From Bdellovibrionota bacterium (lineage in GTDB: Bacteria > Bdellovibrionota_C > UBA2361 > JAAYZI01), in the NCBI GenBank assembly GCA_050950765.1, contig JBMNIF010000002.1, positions 928,001 to 992,000 of the forward strand: a stretch of 64,000 nt of DNA, in the 5' to 3' direction. Positions 37,447 to 47,441 of the stretch are shown piece by piece; position 1 is the first letter of the stretch; the number at the start of each line of letters is the position of its first letter. The notes beneath the pieces were generated by a model. It ran no database searches and was not told where the DNA came from. It was given only the letters and a program-made list of their open reading frames with translations. The translations under genes were made by a program, and so were the position numbers.

Positions 37447-37690
37447 TAAAAGGGGCCAGGTCTCTGTGATTCGTCTGACTAACGTTTGATTAACAGGTCT
37501 AGTAAAAATTTTAGTTAAGGGTGGGGTAAAAGGGGCTAGGTCTCTGTGATGCGTTTGAGCAACGTTTGATTAACAGGTCTAGTAAAAACTTTAGTTAAGG
37601 GTGGGGTAAAAAGGATGGCTAGGTCTCTGTGATCTCTTGGCGGATCAGTGTTTGGCTTAAAAAGGTCTAGTAAAAACTCAAGTTAAGGGG
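37447..37690 (+). repeat. Three tandem units of about 80 bp upstream of the dcw promoter
   Basis: GGC(C/T)AGGTCTCTGTGAT...TTTG..TAA.AGGTCTAGTAAAAA..AGTTAAGGG, with units near 37451, 37531 and 37614. Confidence 0.88.
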
Positions 37691-37877
37691 GAAAAAGGTG
37701 GGAGACACTACCTTAGCCACCTTAGGGGGGGTAAAAAGGGTCAAAAAGGGTGATTATCCGTTAATTATGTAAAAAAATATTTAATATCTAGATAGGTGTA
37801 ATATCTGGAAAATTATTGCTTTTAGCTTTAACTACTTTAAAGTAGTAACTTTTTTTAAAATATTATGCAAAAAAAAC

Positions 37878-37940
37878 TTGACGGTGGGGCACTTTGTGGG
37901 GTACAAAGCAAGAAGTGGGGCAAAGTGGGACATAGTGGCA
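37878..37940 (+). promoter_or_regulatory. dcw promoter with MraZ-type GTGG(G) boxes
   Basis: TTGACG-18 bp-TACAAA. GTGG at 37915, 37925 and 37935 (10-bp phasing), plus GTGGG at 37884 and 37896. Confidence 0.75.
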
Positions 37941-38061
37941 TGTTGCAGATCGCTTCTTCATGATACTTCTCCTCCTTAGATACTTACCCCATAAAGGAGC
38001 AATCCGCGATTTGTCGATAGGTTTAACTTAGCCTTTCAGTTTTTTTCTGTGGGCCGTCTTT

Positions 38062-38583
38062 ATGGACGAGGTTAAGAATGACTCAGGTTTTAGCGATGCG
38101 CTGAGCGAGGGTGAGTTATCACCTTCGCTCTCGTTTCGTGGTAATTTTGTTCACTCGGTTGACGAAAAGGGACGAGTGAGCCTTCCTTCAGAATTCAGAA
38201 AAATTTTAGCGTCTAATAACGAGAGTAGGATTGTTTTGACTAACTATATTTCCGATGGAGCACGGTGCTTGGAGGGGTTTGCACTTACAAGTTGGCTTGA
38301 TTTCGAAAATAAATTACGTCAAAAAAGTAGGTTCAGTGCGAAATTGCAAAAGTTAGAGAACTTCTATTTAAGTCGCGCTGCTGAATGCAGCATAGATAGT
38401 AGTGGAAGAGTCCTTCTCCCGCAACATTTAAGGTCTTACGCCGGTATTGAAAAAGATGTCACCTTTACCTCTTCAATTCACGGCTTTCGTATTTGGGATA
38501 CTCGCGTCTGGGATGTCATCTTTGCAGCGGCGGAAGCTGCTTTGATGGCAAATCCTGATCTTTTTGCTGATGTGGATATATAG
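38062..38583 (+). CDS. mraZ: Transcriptional regulator MraZ
   Basis: FRGNFVHSVDEKGRVSLPSEFR and IDSSGRVLLP. Confidence 0.95.
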   Translation: MDEVKNDSGFSDALSEGELSPSLSFRGNFVHSVDEKGRVSLPSEFRKILASNNESRIVLTNYISDGARCLEGFALTSWLDFENKLRQKSRFSAKLQKLENFYLSRAAECSIDSSGRVLLPQHLRSYAGIEKDVTFTSSIHGFRIWDTRVWDVIFAAAEAALMANPDLFADVDI

Positions 38584-38590
38584 AAAAGGT

Positions 38591-39511
38591 ATGGGAATGG
38601 GGAAGAGTGTTCACATACCGGTTATGTTGCAGGAGACATTGGCTGCTCTTGGCGCTGAAGGTGGCGGGAAATTCTTGGATTGCACCTTAGGTGGTGCTGG
38701 ACATGCGAGAGCAATTTTAGGTGCTAACGCAAGTAATACACTTTATGCCATTGATCGAGATCCAACAGCTATTGAACGTGCAAGAGAAGAGTTCTCCGAA
38801 GAGATCGCAGCAAAACGGATGACAGTTGTGCAAGGTGCATTTTCTGATTTAGCGCACCTTTTTACTAATGAATCTTTTTCCGGAATCTTAGCAGATCTGG
38901 GAACTTCCGTTGATCAGTTGCAGGGGGATAGGGGTTTTTCCTTTAATGATAAAGGACCTCTCGATATGCGAATGGATCCCACTGCAGCACGTAGCGCTAA
39001 ACAGGTGGTTAATGAAACATCGGAACGTGAACTGTATGCAATTTTAAAGCGCGGCGGTGTAGGGCTTGAAGCGCGTGCGGTTGTAAAAGCAATCGTTGCT
39101 GCAAGACCGTTATTAACAACGGCAGATCTGGCTGAAAGTGTAAGAAAAGCCGCTCTTGGAAAAACAAATAAAGGCTTTGATCCAGCGACGGTGACTTTTC
39201 AAGCTATTCGAATTGAGGTCAATCAAGAGTTGGATGAGATAGATGCGTTGCTTGAGACGGTAAAAAAATTACTCCGTTCAAAAGGGCGTCTGGTAGTTAT
39301 CAGTTTTCATTCTTTAGAAGATAAGATCGTTGCAAAAAAGATGCGGGAGTGGAGCGGTGCAGATACTGAACCTGCAAATTGGCCGGGGAGACATACGGTG
39401 CAGCCGTTTGGAAAGCTCTTAACGAAGAAAGCTCTTTTCCCCACTGAAAAAGAGGTTGTTGAAAATTCGAAATCACGCAGTGCGCGCTTACGGATTTTCG
39501 AGAGGTATTAA
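38591..39511 (+). CDS. rsmH: 16S rRNA m4C1402 methyltransferase
   Basis: HIPVM, DCTLGGAGH, DLGTS, GPLDMRMD, FQAIRIEVN, SFHSLED and RSARLR. Confidence 0.95.
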   Translation: MGMGKSVHIPVMLQETLAALGAEGGGKFLDCTLGGAGHARAILGANASNTLYAIDRDPTAIERAREEFSEEIAAKRMTVVQGAFSDLAHLFTNESFSGILADLGTSVDQLQGDRGFSFNDKGPLDMRMDPTAARSAKQVVNETSERELYAILKRGGVGLEARAVVKAIVAARPLLTTADLAESVRKAALGKTNKGFDPATVTFQAIRIEVNQELDEIDALLETVKKLLRSKGRLVVISFHSLEDKIVAKKMREWSGADTEPANWPGRHTVQPFGKLLTKKALFPTEKEVVENSKSRSARLRIFERY

Positions 39512-39575
39512 GATAAAAAAATCGTTTTTCTGAAGTTGTGTTTTTTTGAGTTGAGTTGTGTGGAGGGATTAAGAA

Positions 39576-39899
39576 ATGAGGGGTGCTGTTTGTTTAGATT
39601 ATCAATCTGTTTATTGTACCAAGCAAGAAACAGTTAGTTCATGGTCATTATCATTAGTGTCTGCCGTGTTTTTATTATTGGCGCTTGGTTTTAAGATCTG
39701 GATCGGTATTAACTCCACAGCTCTCGGATATCAGTTGGCAGAAGAACGAACCCGCGCGGTTAATTATGATATGCAGCGACGTGAGTTAGAGTTGCAACTT
39801 TCAATATTATTAAGACCCGATAATTTAGCTCAACACGCTAAAGAATCACTCGGATTACAGGCATTAAATCCAAAGCAAGCAAGAAGAATAGTTTACTAA
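39576..39899 (+). CDS. ftsL: FtsL-like cell division protein
   Basis: One TM segment plus coiled coil, lying between rsmH and ftsI. Confidence 0.75.
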   Translation: MRGAVCLDYQSVYCTKQETVSSWSLSLVSAVFLLLALGFKIWIGINSTALGYQLAEERTRAVNYDMQRRELELQLSILLRPDNLAQHAKESLGLQALNPKQARRIVY

Positions 39900-39916
39900 A
39901 AAGGGATTGAGCAAGG

Positions 39917-41758
39917 ATGAAGGGAGGGGGGGCTTGTAAAATTCCTTATGATTATGCTGCTCAGGTGAAGCGTGCCTCAAGAGGCTCTGTGCAAGCAAGA
40001 GGACGGCAACAACGCATTCTGTTTATTGCATTGTTGGCTGTGACGTGGAGTAGTATTTTGGTATTTCGACTCGCCTCATTGCAACTCTTTGCCGCAGATT
40101 TTTGGCAGAGTTGGGGTGTAAAACAACACTTTTCCGAAGTGAAGATAGCTTCTGAACGGGGTCCCGTTTATGATCGAAATGGGCAGCTTTTGGCAGTATC
40201 AGTTCCGGCAGGTTCTATTTATGTCAGACCTAAACAGGTTAAAGATAAAGAGTATACTACACTGGCTTTAACGGAAACTTTAGATATAGATCCCGTTCAG
40301 ATTAGAAAAGCGCTCAATTCAAAGCAGCCTTTTGTGTGGATAAAAAGACAGATTCCACGAGTTCATGCACAACGTGTGGAAGATCTCAAGCTGCCTGGGG
40401 TTGGACAGATTTTAGAGGCGAGGCGTTTTTATCCATATAATCAAGCAGGAAGTACCTTGATCGGTAGAGTTGGGATTGACGGAAATGGACTTTCCGGTCT
40501 TGAAGCTCGTTACGATCATCTGCTTTCCGGAGAGTTGTTAAAGACTAAAGTAACCAGAGATGCTTTAGGTAATATAATCCACGATCTTAATAGTGTAGAT
40601 GATCATTTTGAACTTCCGAAAGGGAGTGGTTTGCATTTAACGATTGATGCAGCCATGCAATATATCTTAGATGAAGAGTTGGAGATCGGTAGAGAAGCAG
40701 CTGGTGCAGCAGGTGCTTTGGGAGCGTTAGTTAATGCTGAAACAGGAGAGATCTTGGCGCTAGGGCAAGCACCATCATTCAACTTCAATGAAGATAAAGT
40801 TTCCTCACATAGTGCGCTGATAAATAAAACTGTTGAAACTGTTTTTGAACCAGGATCAATTATGAAGCCGATAGTTACGGCGGCGGCGTTAGATAGTGGT
40901 GTTGTTAAAGCAACTGATATCATAGATTGTGAAAGGGGGGCTTATCGATTCGGTGGACACACTATAAAAGACACTCATAAAGTTGGTGCTGTTTCTGTGC
41001 ATGATGTTGTGGTGCATTCTTCGAATATCGGGATGACGAAGATCGGTACTAAGCTAGGGAAAGATCGTCTGTATGATTCTTTAGAAAAATTCGGGTTTGG
41101 GCAAGCTATCGGATTAAACCTCCCAGGAGAAACAAAAGGAATTCTTAGAAAAAAAAGTGATTGGTCAACGGTTGATATCGCCACACATTCATTCGGGCAA
41201 GGGGTGGCGGTGACACCATTACAGATGTTGCGTGCCTTGTCGGCTATTGTAAATGGTGGTGTCATGCCGGAGTTAAGTATTATAGCTGGACAAAACGGTT
41301 ATGAAAGGGGACGGCGGGTGGTTTCAGAAAGTGCAGCAGCTGATGTTAGAGAGATGCTTTTCTCTGTTGTAGAAGATCAGCACGGTACTGGAAAACGTGC
41401 TGCTATTGATGGCGTGCGAATTGGTGGTAAAACAGGAACGGCACAGAAAGCGAGAAAAGATGGACGTGGTTACGCACAAGGTTTATACATGGCATCTTTT
41501 ATGGGGTTTGCAGATGCTAGTCAGATTAATTTAAAAGAGAAGTTGGCTTTGATAGTTGTTATTGATGAGCCGCATAAAGTTTCAATTTATGGTGGTACTT
41601 TAGCAGCTCCTGTTTTCAAAAACACTATGACGAGGGTCTTGCATCTCTTAGCGACAAGACATCAACTTAAAGGTTCTGCAAAGGAATTTAATAGGCCTCA
41701 ACCGTCGCAAGATTTACAACCTTCTGATGGCTTAGTTAATGCGGCTTATAAATTCTAA
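39917..41758 (+). CDS. ftsI: Penicillin-binding protein 3 (class B)
   Basis: RGPVYDRNG, FEPGSIMK (SxxK), SSN and GKTGTAQK. Confidence 0.93.
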   Translation: MKGGGACKIPYDYAAQVKRASRGSVQARGRQQRILFIALLAVTWSSILVFRLASLQLFAADFWQSWGVKQHFSEVKIASERGPVYDRNGQLLAVSVPAGSIYVRPKQVKDKEYTTLALTETLDIDPVQIRKALNSKQPFVWIKRQIPRVHAQRVEDLKLPGVGQILEARRFYPYNQAGSTLIGRVGIDGNGLSGLEARYDHLLSGELLKTKVTRDALGNIIHDLNSVDDHFELPKGSGLHLTIDAAMQYILDEELEIGREAAGAAGALGALVNAETGEILALGQAPSFNFNEDKVSSHSALINKTVETVFEPGSIMKPIVTAAALDSGVVKATDIIDCERGAYRFGGHTIKDTHKVGAVSVHDVVVHSSNIGMTKIGTKLGKDRLYDSLEKFGFGQAIGLNLPGETKGILRKKSDWSTVDIATHSFGQGVAVTPLQMLRALSAIVNGGVMPELSIIAGQNGYERGRRVVSESAAADVREMLFSVVEDQHGTGKRAAIDGVRIGGKTGTAQKARKDGRGYAQGLYMASFMGFADASQINLKEKLALIVVIDEPHKVSIYGGTLAAPVFKNTMTRVLHLLATRHQLKGSAKEFNRPQPSQDLQPSDGLVNAAYKF

Positions 41759-41793
41759 AACAGTTTACTCCCGTGAAAGCGTTTTATTAAATC

Positions 41794-43095
41794 ATGAATG
41801 ATGTAATTGCTATTACCGATATTAGAGATTTAGTAGGTGGAACCTTAAAAGGAATTGCTGAAGAGTGCTCCTTTATCGGGATAGAGACAGAGCTTGAAAA
41901 TATTCGAGGTGGTGAGCTCTTTATCAATTGCGCTCTACTGGGTGAAGATCTTCAAGAAGCTTTCGAAAGAGGGTGCGTAGCAGTTCTAACAAAAGAGGTG
42001 GAGGGACTTCCACAAGATGGCGCTTATCTCTTCGTTAGTGATTGTGATGAAGCGTTGCGGAAGATCGCCGTTTGGTGGCGCAGCCGTTTCTCTTTTCCTA
42101 TCGTAGCGGTGTATGACTCTGCTGTCACTGCAGCGTTGTTAGCCAGACTCCTTTTAAAAAGTGCACGAGGTGCATTTATTGCGGCAGATGAAGCGGATGC
42201 GAAATTCGCCTTTAAAGCTCTTTGTAAATTGCACGGTGAATGCGAGTGGGGAGTTTGCGAGTTGCAAGTAGGTGATCAAGACACCTTTGAAGCTTGGGCA
42301 CCTGATTTTGTTGTTGTATCTGAGGAGGACGCAAAAAATAAAACTTGGCCGTGCACACTTATAACCGTTTCTAAAGAAGAAAATAAGGTAAGTGTTATAA
42401 CCTCTGCTGCTACGCAAGATAAAGATTACGCCATAAGAGAGATACAATCAGATCCGTTGCTTGGTTGTTGCTTTAAGTTGTCTCTTAGTGAGGAGAAAAC
42501 TCTTTTTCTTAAAAGTACATTGATTGGTGCTTGGAGAGTTTATGAGATCGCTGCAGGTATTGTGGCGGCGCTGCAACTTGCACCACAACTTTCAGAGGAG
42601 CAGATCGTAGCAACTGTGAAACGCTTTAGTGTCTTACCTGGAAAACTAAATCTTAGATTATCGTGTCGTGGACGGATAATTATCGACGGATCATTAGCGG
42701 ATAATGCGAAGGTTGTTGGGTTAGCTTCTGAACTTAAAGAAAATACCTCTGTTGCTTTTGTGATGATGGATAGCGGGGAAGGTGTTGTTGCTAATGATGA
42801 TTCAAAAAAAAGATCTCTTCTGGATCAGATTGTAAAGCTTGCCCCTAAAGAGGTTGTTTTAGTTGGAGAGTTTCCGTTAGCAAGTACGATCTTTAAAGAG
42901 AGTGGAATCCAAGTTTTATCTGCGCCCTCTGTGAAAGTTGCGATTAATGTCGTTAATAAATTGGAAACTGAATATGTTTTTATAGCGGCAGCAAAAGGCT
43001 TAAGCTCTCTTGCTGAAGGGGTGCTTTTAATAGAAGGAGAGTCTGTTCCTGATACAATCTGTTCTTTGCCTATGGAGGAAAGTGAAGAAAAGTGA
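41794..43095 (+). CDS. MurF-like protein lacking catalytic motifs (probable pseudoenzyme)
   Basis: MurF-like scaffold (LVGGTL, GELF, AFERG, DEALRKIAVWWR..FPIVAV, PD, PGKL, IID) in the murF position, but with no GSxGKTT P-loop. Confidence 0.72.
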   Translation: MNDVIAITDIRDLVGGTLKGIAEECSFIGIETELENIRGGELFINCALLGEDLQEAFERGCVAVLTKEVEGLPQDGAYLFVSDCDEALRKIAVWWRSRFSFPIVAVYDSAVTAALLARLLLKSARGAFIAADEADAKFAFKALCKLHGECEWGVCELQVGDQDTFEAWAPDFVVVSEEDAKNKTWPCTLITVSKEENKVSVITSAATQDKDYAIREIQSDPLLGCCFKLSLSEEKTLFLKSTLIGAWRVYEIAAGIVAALQLAPQLSEEQIVATVKRFSVLPGKLNLRLSCRGRIIIDGSLADNAKVVGLASELKENTSVAFVMMDSGEGVVANDDSKKRSLLDQIVKLAPKEVVLVGEFPLASTIFKESGIQVLSAPSVKVAINVVNKLETEYVFIAAAKGLSSLAEGVLLIEGESVPDTICSLPMEESEEK

Positions 43096-43236
43096 AATTT
43101 AAGGTGTGAATAAAGTGAGAAATGTTATTTTACCTTAATAATTTATAAAATAAGGGGGTCTCTCTGATTGATATTATCGTTTTTGGCTAATATAAATGGT
43201 GTGTCGATAAGTGATCTTTAAGAGGGGGGGGAATAA

Positions 43237-44328
43237 GTGCTATATCATCTTTTTAATTCTTTAGCCGTTAATGATTCTTGGTTGCGGGTTTTTCGTTATC
43301 AAACCTTTCGCGCAATGTTGGCATTTCTTTTTGCTTTTGCCTTTGTATTATTTTTCCAACCTGTTTTTATACGTAAGTTAAAAAGTATCGGCATTAAAGG
43401 GCAGCCGATTCGAGATGATGGACCTAAAGAGCATGAACAGAAGCGCGGAACTCCAACAATGGGGGGTGTAGTTGTTGTGACTGCTGTTGTTCTAGCGGCA
43501 CTTCTTTTTGCGGATTTAACGAATTTTTATGTTTGGTTAACGTTATTCGTATTTGTTTCTCATGCTGGGATAGGTTTTGTCGATGATTGGCGTAAAGTTA
43601 CACAACAGAATTCAAAAGGTCTTTCAGGCCCTCAAAAAATGTTCTGGCAGGGGAGTATCGCCATTATCGCTGCTTTAGCTTTGATGTGGTACGGCTTCCC
43701 AACTGATCTGCAATTCCCGTTCTTTAAAAATTGGGCGATTGAGTTAAATTATTGGCGTTTCTTACCACTTTTTATCCCGTTTGTTGTTTTGGTTGTGATG
43801 GGGACTTCAAATGCTGTTAATTTGACGGATGGTTTAGATGGTTTGGCGATAGGTCCTGTTATGACTGTCGCTGTAACGTATGGAATCTTTGCTTATCTCG
43901 CTGGTAATGCCAGCCACTCTGCATATCTTGGGGTGCAGTTTGTATCAGGGGTAGGTGAAGTTAGTCTGATTCTTGCTGCTGTTTTTGCCGCTGGACTAGG
44001 GTTCTTGTGGTACAATACATTTCCTGCGCAAGTCTTTATGGGTGATAGTGGAGCGTTAGCACTTGGTGGATTGCTCGGGATCGTTGCTATCTTGGTTAAG
44101 CATGAGATTGTGTTGGTAGTGGCAGGCGGTATCTTTGTTATAGAAGCGTTATCGGTGATTATTCAACGTTATTCTTATAAATTGCGCAAAAAACGGGTTT
44201 TTAAAATGGCTCCGATACACCATCATTTTGAGTTAAAAGGGTGGGCTGAGCCGAAGATTATCGTACGCTTCTGGATTATCTCAGTAGTCTTGGCGGTGCT
44301 ATCACTAGCAACGTTGAAATTACGTTAA
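43237..44328 (+). CDS. mraY: Phospho-N-acetylmuramoyl-pentapeptide transferase
   Basis: GTPTMGG, GFVDD, NAVNLTDGLDGLA, FMGDSG and APIHHHFE. Confidence 0.97.
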   Translation: MLYHLFNSLAVNDSWLRVFRYQTFRAMLAFLFAFAFVLFFQPVFIRKLKSIGIKGQPIRDDGPKEHEQKRGTPTMGGVVVVTAVVLAALLFADLTNFYVWLTLFVFVSHAGIGFVDDWRKVTQQNSKGLSGPQKMFWQGSIAIIAALALMWYGFPTDLQFPFFKNWAIELNYWRFLPLFIPFVVLVVMGTSNAVNLTDGLDGLAIGPVMTVAVTYGIFAYLAGNASHSAYLGVQFVSGVGEVSLILAAVFAAGLGFLWYNTFPAQVFMGDSGALALGGLLGIVAILVKHEIVLVVAGGIFVIEALSVIIQRYSYKLRKKRVFKMAPIHHHFELKGWAEPKIIVRFWIISVVLAVLSLATLKLR

Positions 44329-44389
44329 GATATTATTAAACGTGATCGTTTACAAAGTTGAAGAACTTTTCTCGCTTCTGATTTTGCGA

Positions 44390-44839
44390 TTAAAGATCTT
44401 CTTGCTCTTCTAAAGATAGTTTTATGCGGTTTTGGAGAGACTCAGTTGGATTCTCTCCGATGATAGCACAACAGGCTGTGGCAGCTTCAAGATTCTTTTC
44501 TGCTAAAACAGGGTCTGTATCGGCATCGTAATTTTTAATGTAAAAGCTACGTGCTTCTTCAGCTGCTGCTATTATTTTTAGGACGCTATCCGGACTTGGA
44601 AAGTCTTGACCATCGTGGATATCTTTTGCTTGCACAATGAAAGGTAGAGGGTCTTTTGCATTCCGTGCTAAACTTAAAAGGACTTCTATGCGTGCAGCTG
44701 CAGTAGCTTCCGATTCAGATAGGCATTGGCTAACTATCTCCGGAGTTAGGATAGCAGTTTCAGGAATGGAAGTGTCTGATAATTGGGTGGAACGGTCACT
44801 CTTTGAACTCTGTTTTCCTTTTCTTGAAATTCTTGCCAT
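44390..44839 (-). CDS. Hypothetical protein occupying the murD slot on the opposite strand
   Basis: 149-aa ORF with an AGGAG RBS; no family recognised. Confidence 0.6.
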   Translation of the reverse strand: MARISRKGKQSSKSDRSTQLSDTSIPETAILTPEIVSQCLSESEATAAARIEVLLSLARNAKDPLPFIVQAKDIHDGQDFPSPDSVLKIIAAAEEARSFYIKNYDADTDPVLAEKNLEAATACCAIIGENPTESLQNRIKLSLEEQEDL

Positions 44840-45085
44840 ATCATTCTCCTAAAAACCTAAAAAGAACCCCCACTTCCAGATGTTTCTATTAAATTAAGAT
44901 GTCACTTCTTTCAAAAAGAAGCTCTGCTTTTTTAAATTAATACCTCTATTCTTCCATTTTTTATTATTTGTCTCGTTTAAGGGGTGTTTTCGGCGTTTTT
45001 CTTTATTTTTAGAATGGTAAGGGTGTGGTTTAATGGAGGGAGAGTACGAGTATTCTTTTTATGAGAATCCCTTTGGGAGACGGTT

Positions 45086-46240
45086 ATGTATTCAAATAAT
45101 CCGACGTTAATATTTAGTAAAAATCGAAAAGACCTGAAGCCACCACTACTTTTGGATCCGATCTTGTTGGCTGTGACTATCGCTCTGGTTCTGTTTAGCA
45201 TCGTGATGATCTATTCAACAACGGGAGTTACTTCACAAGAAAAATTTGGCGACTCCCTTTATTACGTTAAAAAACAGGGTGTGGCGGCACTTTTAGGATT
45301 CGTTTTGATGTATATTTTTGCGAAGCAGCCGTTGGATTTCTATCGAAGAATTTCCGTTTTTATGTATCCGCTATGCTTGGGGCTGCTGTTATTGACGTAT
45401 ATCCCAGGATTGGGCTCGGCATCTGGTGGCGCGCAACGGTGGTTAAATCTGGGCGGTCTGAATTTACAACCGGCGGAGTTTGTTAAAGTTTGTTTTGTTA
45501 TTTTTATTGCAGGTTTCTTCGCTAGACAAGAGAGAAATCTTGAAAGTTTTACAACGGCTCTCGTCATTCCGATGGTGTATTTTGCCCCGATTGCACTGTT
45601 GCTTTTGTTGCAACCAGATTTCGGAAGTACCGCTATCTTAACGATGGTTATTCTAGCGATGGCGTTGGCGGCGGGTGTAAAATTACGACATATATTAGTG
45701 TTGGGTGGCACCTGTTTGGCTATGTTGGGAGCTTTGATAGTAATCTCTCCGTATAGAATGACGCGTGTACTCACCTTTCTTTCTCCTATGCAGGATGTTC
45801 AGGGTAAGGGGTATCAACTTACGCAATCATTAATTACCGTAGCTGGTGGAAATTGGACAGGAACGGGACTCGGTGGAAGTGTACAAAAACTTTTTTTCCT
45901 CCCTGCTGCACATACTGATTTTATTTATGCAGTAATTGCAGAAGAGTGGGGGTTTCTCGGCGCTGTGACGGTTCTTGCGGCTTTTCTGATCTTTTTGGCA
46001 CGTGGGCTTAAAGTGGCATCCCGTTTAACAGATGATACATTCTCTTTTTCTCTGACTGTTGGCTTGACCTTATTAATAGTGGCTCCAGCGCTAATTAATA
46101 TGGGGGTTGTGACGGGGCTTTTGCCGACTAAGGGGTTAGTCTTGCCACTACTCGGATACGGTGGGTCGAGTATAATGACCTCACTCGCTATTGTTGGAAT
46201 TCTTTTAGCGTTGGCACGAGAGAGTAGAATTAAAATATAA
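45086..46240 (+). CDS. ftsW: SEDS peptidoglycan polymerase FtsW
   Basis: GAQRWL, QPAEFVK, QPDFGS, GYQLTQS, LPAAHTDFI and LPTKGL.LP. Confidence 0.95.
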   Translation: MYSNNPTLIFSKNRKDLKPPLLLDPILLAVTIALVLFSIVMIYSTTGVTSQEKFGDSLYYVKKQGVAALLGFVLMYIFAKQPLDFYRRISVFMYPLCLGLLLLTYIPGLGSASGGAQRWLNLGGLNLQPAEFVKVCFVIFIAGFFARQERNLESFTTALVIPMVYFAPIALLLLLQPDFGSTAILTMVILAMALAAGVKLRHILVLGGTCLAMLGALIVISPYRMTRVLTFLSPMQDVQGKGYQLTQSLITVAGGNWTGTGLGGSVQKLFFLPAAHTDFIYAVIAEEWGFLGAVTVLAAFLIFLARGLKVASRLTDDTFSFSLTVGLTLLIVAPALINMGVVTGLLPTKGLVLPLLGYGGSSIMTSLAIVGILLALARESRIKI

Positions 46241-46289
46241 AAATAGATGAGGTCTATACATTATAAAATATGATCTGGAGAAGGGTGTC

Positions 46290-47441
46290 ATGAAAGGAGT
46301 TTGTGAAAACGATAAAGTTCAAAAAAACGCAGGTGTCGGTGTACGAGTTCTAATTGCAGCAAGTGGAACGGGAGGGCATCTCTTTCCGGCTGTTGATATT
46401 GCACGCGCTTTTCAGAAGATAGACGAAAAGGCTGAAGTGATGTTCGTCGGTTCAGGACGTTACTTAGAAGCTGAAATCATTGATAAAGCAGGATTTACCA
46501 GATCTGTAATCGATATAGTAGGGATAAAACAACGGGGCTTGAGTGGCTTAATCGAGTTTTGCATGAAGTTGCCAAGTGCGCTTTTGCAAGGTTGGGGGAT
46601 AATCTCTCGATTTAAACCTGATATTGTAATTGGAGTCGGTGGTTATGTTACTGTAATTCCGGTGGTTTTAGCGTGGCTTCGTGGAATCCCAACATGGATT
46701 CATGAAGCTGAAAGATCTCCAGGGATGGCTAACAGATTTTTAGCGCACATCTCTTACCGTATCTCAGTTGCTTTTCAAGATGCACAAGTTTCTCAACGTG
46801 ATAAAGTTGTTTATACCGGACAGCCGATAAGGGAAGTTTTTAAAGAGATCGCTGCGGAAAATAAAGAGGTAGATATACCGCGCAACTTATTAATAACCGG
46901 AGGATCGCAAGGAGCAAACGCTCTGGATACGGTTGCAGAGGCTTTAATACCGTTTTTTAAAGAGAAGAATTTAAATATCAGGCATCAGTGCAGGCAGGAA
47001 AATCTTGAGAAACTAAAAGCTGCTTATGCGGAGAATGGTGTCACTGCTGAGGTTATGGATTTTATTCAAGACCTGCCGGAATCTTATCGTTGGAGTGACC
47101 TTATAATTGCGCGTGCTGGTGCTGGAAGTACTATGGAGATCGGAGTGATTAATCGTCCGACCATCTTCGTCCCGTTCCCGTTCGCTCAAGGGAATCATCA
47201 ACTTAAGAATGCACAAATCCTTGCAGATGCTGGAAAAGCCTTAATTGTGGAGGAGGGAGATGAGTTCTGTAATAGATTAGAAAAAGCGTTAGCAGATCTC
47301 TTAACACCAGCAATTTATAATAAGATGAAGGCTGCTCCATACCGTTCAAGATCCCTTGATGCTGCCGAAAATATCGCTAAAGGGTGTCTAAAGATTTTAA
47401 AAATTAAAAAAGGTAAATTTTTTACCTCCGTAGAAAACTAG
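46290..47441 (+). CDS. murG: Lipid I GlcNAc transferase MurG
   Basis: GTGGHLFP, GVGGY, GMANR, TGGSQGA, RAGA and HQLKNA. Confidence 0.95.
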   Translation: MKGVCENDKVQKNAGVGVRVLIAASGTGGHLFPAVDIARAFQKIDEKAEVMFVGSGRYLEAEIIDKAGFTRSVIDIVGIKQRGLSGLIEFCMKLPSALLQGWGIISRFKPDIVIGVGGYVTVIPVVLAWLRGIPTWIHEAERSPGMANRFLAHISYRISVAFQDAQVSQRDKVVYTGQPIREVFKEIAAENKEVDIPRNLLITGGSQGANALDTVAEALIPFFKEKNLNIRHQCRQENLEKLKAAYAENGVTAEVMDFIQDLPESYRWSDLIIARAGAGSTMEIGVINRPTIFVPFPFAQGNHQLKNAQILADAGKALIVEEGDEFCNRLEKALADLLTPAIYNKMKAAPYRSRSLDAAENIAKGCLKILKIKKGKFFTSVEN

